This document shows positions 60,010 through 64,000 of a stretch of DNA of 64,000 nucleotides, piece by piece (position 1 is the stretch's first letter; the number at the start of each line of letters is the position of its first letter). The notes under the pieces were generated by a model. The model did no database searches and had not been told where the DNA came from. It worked only from the letters and a program-made list of their open reading frames with translations. The DNA is from Obrimoposthia wandeli (taxonomy: Eukaryota), in assembly GCA_977020255.1 (NCBI GenBank), contig CDROCS010004130.1, forward strand, positions 1 to 64,000. The letters run 5' to 3'. Both the position numbers and the translations under genes were made by a program.

Positions 60010-60942
60010 TTAATTTATTTGGGGTAAATTTTTCTTTTTTAGTAGAACGTTCATTCCTTCAATTCCTTGTAATCCACCAGTATGAATAGCTAAAATTCTT
60101 GTTCCTTTCTTAAAAAAGTCCTTCTTAATTAAATCTACTAAACCGTACATCATTTTACCTGTGTAAACAGGATCTAATGGAATTCTAGTTTCTGCCTTAA
60201 ATTTATTGATAAAAGTAATTAATTCTTCTGATACTTTTGCATACCCACCAAAATGATACTCAGTATTTAAACTCCAGTTATCCTCTCTTAATACATGTTT
60301 TTTTATTTCATTTTGAAGAAAATCACCTTTTAATGCAGGAAATCCTATTACCTTTTGATTATTTCTTAAAGAATTTATTAATCCTGAAATAGTTCCTCCA
60401 GTTCCAATTGAAGAACAAATAAAATGGAATTTCTCATCATCTTTGTTTAATATTTCTTCACATCCTTTAACGGCATATTGATTCGTTCCTCCTTCAGGAA
60501 CCATATAAAAATCACCAAATTGCTCTTTTAAATTAGTTATAAATTCTGAAGTTTCTTTAGTTCTATATTCACTTCTCGACACAAAATGAAATTTCATATT
60601 ATGTTCTGAAGCAAACTTTAATGTTGGATTTTTAATTAAAATATTTTCTAATTCATTGGCTAATTCGTCACCTCTAATTACGCCTACTGTTTTAAAATTA
60701 TATAATAATCCGGCTGATGCAGTTGCAGCAATATGATTGGAATAAGCTCCACCAAAAGTTAAAATGGTGTCTTTATTTTGATTCAGAGCTTCTTGAAGGT
60801 TATATTTTAACTTTCTGTATTTATTCCCAGAAATAAATGGATGTAATTGATCTTCTCTTTTAATAAACAATGAAACTCCTTTTCCTTCTAATTCAGAAAA
60901 GTTAACTTCTTGATTGATGCTATTTTTTGTTTCTAAGAACAA
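60010..60942 (-). CDS. ACC deaminase / D-cysteine desulfhydrase family PLP enzyme
   Basis: KREDQLHPFISGNKYRKL, FGGAYSNH, PEGG, GTGGT, LDPVYTGK, HTGGLQG. Confidence 0.92.
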   Translation of the reverse strand: MFLETKNSINQEVNFSELEGKGVSLFIKREDQLHPFISGNKYRKLKYNLQEALNQNKDTILTFGGAYSNHIAATASAGLLYNFKTVGVIRGDELANELENILIKNPTLKFASEHNMKFHFVSRSEYRTKETSEFITNLKEQFGDFYMVPEGGTNQYAVKGCEEILNKDDEKFHFICSSIGTGGTISGLINSLRNNQKVIGFPALKGDFLQNEIKKHVLREDNWSLNTEYHFGGYAKVSEELITFINKFKAETRIPLDPVYTGKMMYGLVDLIKKDFFKKGTRILAIHTGGLQGIEGMNVLLKKKNLPQIN

Positions 60943-62852
60943 TTTTCGATTTTATCTTCAAGTTCAGACCATTCTTCCATTAAAGTTTCCACCTTATTCT
61001 TTTTCGCTTTGTAATTCTCAAAAAAGTTTGGCGCAGTGGACGTTGCTTCATAATCTTCTCCTAAAGCTGCATCCATATCTAAAATTTCTTTTTCAATAGT
61101 ATCTATTTTAACTTCAATTTTAGAAAGTTGATTTTTCAATCTTTTTATTTTCTTTTCATCTTCTCGAGAGAGTATATGACTTTCTTTTTTTGAAGTGTCA
61201 GGTTTTTTCTCAACAACAGTTCTTTTTTCAGCCTCTCTCAAATTCTCTATTTGATGCTGTTCCAAGAAAAAGTCAATATCTCCTAAATACTCTTTAATAA
61301 CTTTATCTTTAAACCCATAAACTGTAGAAGACAATCCTTGTAAAAAATCTCTATCATGAGATACTAAAATAAGAGTCCCATTAAATTTTTTAAGTGCTTG
61401 TTTTAATACGTTTTTTGAGGCTATATCTAAGTGATTCGTAGGCTCATCCATTATTAACACATTAAATGGTGTTAATAATAACTTACATAAAGCTAACCTA
61501 TTTCGTTCTCCCCCAGATAATACTTTGGCTTTTTTATCAGCAGCTTCACCACCGAATAAAAATGCACCTAACATATCTCTAACTCTTGCTCTGTTTCCAT
61601 CTGTAGCTGCATCTTCCATAATTTCTAAAACCGTTTTTTCCGGTTCTAAATATTCTGATTGATTTTGAGCGAAGTAACCAATTTCCACATTATGTCCCAA
61701 TTTTAAATGACCGCCATGGGCAATTTCACCAACTAATATTTTAGCTAATGTAGATTTTCCTTGTCCGTTTTGCCCAACAAATGCAATTTTGCTATTTCTT
61801 TCAATTAGTAAATTTACATTTTCCAATACATGATTATCACCATAACTCTTGGATAAATTTTCTGCTTCTACAACAATCTTTCCAGGATCTTTTGAAGCTT
61901 GAAACCTGATATTCATAACAGCATTATCATCGTTATCAACTTCTATGCGTTCGACCTTATCTAATTTTTTTATTAATGATTGAGCCATTGATGCTTTATT
62001 GGCTTTGGCTCTAAATTTATCGATTAATAATTGGGTAGCTTTTATTTCTTTTTCTTGGTTTTTTTGAGCTTGTAATTGTTTTTCCTTAATCTCATCGCGC
62101 AACAATAAAAACTGAGAATATGGTTTTTTGTAATCGTAAATTTGACCTAACGATATTTCAATAGTTCTGTTAGTTACATTATCTAAAAACATTTTATCAT
62201 GTGACACTAACACAACTGCTCCAGGATAATTTTTCAAAAAATTCTCCAACCATATAATTGATTCAATATCTAAGTGATTGGTTGGCTCATCAAGCAATAA
62301 AATATCATTATTCTGCAATAGTAACTTTGCCAATTCTATACGCATTCTCCAACCTCCAGAAAAAGTATCTGTTAACTTATCAAAATCTTTTCTTTGAAAA
62401 CCAAGTCCTTGTAGAATTTTCTCAGTATTTCCTTTATAATTATATCCTCCTAACAGCTCATACCTATGTGAAACATCATTTACAGCAACCATTAAATCAT
62501 GGTAGTACTCACTTTCGTAATCGGTTCTTTCTGCTAATTCTTTATTGATTTGTTCAAGTTTAATCTCTAACTCTTTAATTTCCTCAAATGCCTGATATGC
62601 TTCTTCTAAAATGGTTCTTCCTTCAACAAAATCAATATCCTGACGTAAAAAACCAATTCGAACGTCTTTATCAAAAGCCATTGTTCCTGCCGAACTCTCA
62701 ATATCCTTAGAAATTACTTTTAAAAGTGTAGATTTTCCAGCACCATTTTTCCCTATCAACCCTATTCTATCTCCTTTATTCAACTTAAAGGTAATTCCTG
62801 AAAACAAATCGGAACCTGCAAAAGAAACCGTTAAATTATGTACGTTAAGCAT
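60933..62852 (-). CDS. ABC-F family ATPase
   Basis: Two nucleotide-binding domains (GKNGAGKS, FSGGWRMR, DEPTNHLD; GQNGQGKS, LSGGERNR) and no TM segments. Start ATG at 62852 (MLNVHNL). Confidence 0.93.
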   Translation of the reverse strand: MLNVHNLTVSFAGSDLFSGITFKLNKGDRIGLIGKNGAGKSTLLKVISKDIESSAGTMAFDKDVRIGFLRQDIDFVEGRTILEEAYQAFEEIKELEIKLEQINKELAERTDYESEYYHDLMVAVNDVSHRYELLGGYNYKGNTEKILQGLGFQRKDFDKLTDTFSGGWRMRIELAKLLLQNNDILLLDEPTNHLDIESIIWLENFLKNYPGAVVLVSHDKMFLDNVTNRTIEISLGQIYDYKKPYSQFLLLRDEIKEKQLQAQKNQEKEIKATQLLIDKFRAKANKASMAQSLIKKLDKVERIEVDNDDNAVMNIRFQASKDPGKIVVEAENLSKSYGDNHVLENVNLLIERNSKIAFVGQNGQGKSTLAKILVGEIAHGGHLKLGHNVEIGYFAQNQSEYLEPEKTVLEIMEDAATDGNRARVRDMLGAFLFGGEAADKKAKVLSGGERNRLALCKLLLTPFNVLIMDEPTNHLDIASKNVLKQALKKFNGTLILVSHDRDFLQGLSSTVYGFKDKVIKEYLGDIDFFLEQHQIENLREAEKRTVVEKKPDTSKKESHILSREDEKKIKRLKNQLSKIEVKIDTIEKEILDMDAALGEDYEATSTAPNFFENYKAKKNKVETLMEEWSELEDKIENCS

Positions 62853-62981
62853 TCTTATTTTATAATTAAATGTAAATTTGTGTTTTTTGTAAAAAACATA
62901 CAAAAGTACTATAAAAAAGTTTGGCACTCAATTAAACTTTTTATTTTAAAAATTTATTGTCTTGAAAAATAAAAATAGAAG

Positions 62982-63380
62982 ATGTTAAAAAAAGGAACTA
63001 AATTATACAGTATTTTATTCAACAAATGTCCTAAGTGTCATGAAGGAGATTTTATGCAAGAAAAAAACATGTTTAAATTAAACAAGGCTTTTAAAATGAA
63101 CGACAATTGTTCTTGTTGTAATTTAAAGTATATGGTTGAACCTTCTTTTTTCTATGGTGCCATGTATATAAATTATAGCATAACCGTTGCTTTATCCATA
63201 GCAACCTTTATAGTTTCAGTCCTTTTATTTAATTTAACTCTTATAGAAAGTTTTATTCCAATTGTAGCTGTTCTCATATTAACAGCACCGCTAACCATAA
63301 GACTTTCAAGAATTATTTGGATTAATATATTTATATCTTACAAAAAAAAAGATTTTAATTCTGAGGGAAACGATCTATAG
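62982..63380 (+). CDS. DUF983-family protein
   Basis: KCPKCHEG...NCSCCNL...EPSFFYGAMYINY plus two TM helices. Confidence 0.8.
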   Translation: MLKKGTKLYSILFNKCPKCHEGDFMQEKNMFKLNKAFKMNDNCSCCNLKYMVEPSFFYGAMYINYSITVALSIATFIVSVLLFNLTLIESFIPIVAVLILTAPLTIRLSRIIWINIFISYKKKDFNSEGNDL

Positions 63381-63999
63381 ATATTTCACTGTCAAGCTTC
63401 ACATTGTGCTCTAAATGATTATATAGAGATTTAGCTAATGTTGGAGCAATCATTACTCCACGTGTCCCTAACCCATTTAAAACGGCCAAATTCTTATATG
63501 TTGGATGTGTTCCAATTAAAGGTCTTCTATCTTTAACCGTTGGTCTAATTCCTGCGGCATGATCAACAATTGTATAAGGAACTGTGATAAACAAATTTAA
63601 TTTATGAATCAATTCTAATTTTCCAGAATTGGTAGGTTCTTTTGTTTTATCCTTCCAATTAAAAGTTGCACCTACTTTGTATAAATTATTACCTAATGGA
63701 AGTACAAAAACAGCAGCTTTTATTAAAAAATCAATATTTAAATTAGGTGCATGAATAGTTATAAGTTCACCCTTAGCTTCTTGCATTGGTAAATAATTGA
63801 AAAATGGATTTTTCATTAAACCAAAACCCTCACAAAAAACAATTCTATTTCCTTTTACTCCCTTATATTCAACTTCATTATCTTTTATAACTAAATCATC
63901 GTAATTAAAAGATTCATTTTTTATGAATTCTTTTTCCGATAAATAATTTCGATAATCTTTAAGTAAAGCTTTGGTGTCAACTCTACCAGTATTTATAAG
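63355..63999 (-). CDS. FAD-dependent oxidoreductase (DAO-like), C-terminal part, 5'-truncated by the window edge
   Basis: The frame stays open from 63816 to the window end (TGRVDTK...IVFCEGFG); AKGELI, AGIRPTVKDRRPLIG, NGLGTRGV. Confidence 0.85.
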   Translation of the reverse strand, partial: LINTGRVDTKALLKDYRNYLSEKEFIKNESFNYDDLVIKDNEVEYKGVKGNRIVFCEGFGLMKNPFFNYLPMQEAKGELITIHAPNLNIDFLIKAAVFVLPLGNNLYKVGATFNWKDKTKEPTNSGKLELIHKLNLFITVPYTIVDHAAGIRPTVKDRRPLIGTHPTYKNLAVLNGLGTRGVMIAPTLAKSLYNHLEHNVKLDSEISIDRFPQN

Positions 64000-64000
64000 T

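Noticed and set aside
60010-60942. Plant-associated ACC deaminase trait
   Set aside because: The family also includes D-cysteine desulfhydrases, and this gene sits in what I recognise as a routine flavobacterial block next to GH73-LysM; activity cannot be inferred from sequence.
1635-62548. Short antisense or overlapping ORFs in the track (e.g. 1635..1946, 5187..5552, 14421..14657, 30235..30585, 35721..36116, 45575..45892, 49634..50053, 62258..62548)
   Set aside because: They are shadows of well-supported genes on the other strand or frame and have no motifs or independent expression signals.

Overview
AT-rich bacterial chromosome segment from a Flavobacteriaceae member. The evidence is gldA, T9SS cargo with a PorP/SprF partner, a dnaE carrying an N-terminal exonuclease, TAnnTTTG promoters and no Shine-Dalgarno sites; the rnf operon hints at a Lutibacter-like organism (inference). 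Layout: (i) 1-7.3 kb has rnfC/rnfB/rseC-like genes and dnaE, with four locally garbled or frameshifted patches that are probably consensus errors. (ii) 7.3-29 kb holds housekeeping and envelope genes: gldA, lipB, rnhB, a porin, nhaC, a BlaI/M56-TonB operon, lysS, and peptide or amino-acid uptake genes plus an M3 peptidase. (iii) 29-52 kb is a secreted-protein island with two paralogous LamG/TSP3-like T9SS proteins, a metzincin and a terminator-bounded five-gene operon. That operon encodes a Tat-signal dioxygenase-fold protein lacking its iron-ligand histidines, a phage tail-collar protein, a signal-less substrate-binding protein, a ~2350-aa T9SS type-B adhesin with a 240-bp tandem array, and a PorP/SprF protein; it is the best candidate for an uncharacterised system. 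(iv) 52-64 kb has an mscS split by one in-frame TGA, a YgiQ radical SAM protein, an AraC-linked redox cassette with an unannotated Cys-rich micropeptide, and a conserved GH73/ACC-deaminase/ABC-F block. Non-coding highlights are a candidate ~100-nt sRNA, a triple BlaI-type operator, a local family of five REP-like hairpins and a duplicated 22-bp box next to the AraC gene. I saw no rRNA, tRNA, CRISPR array, transposase or prophage. All family assignments come from motif recognition, not database searches.
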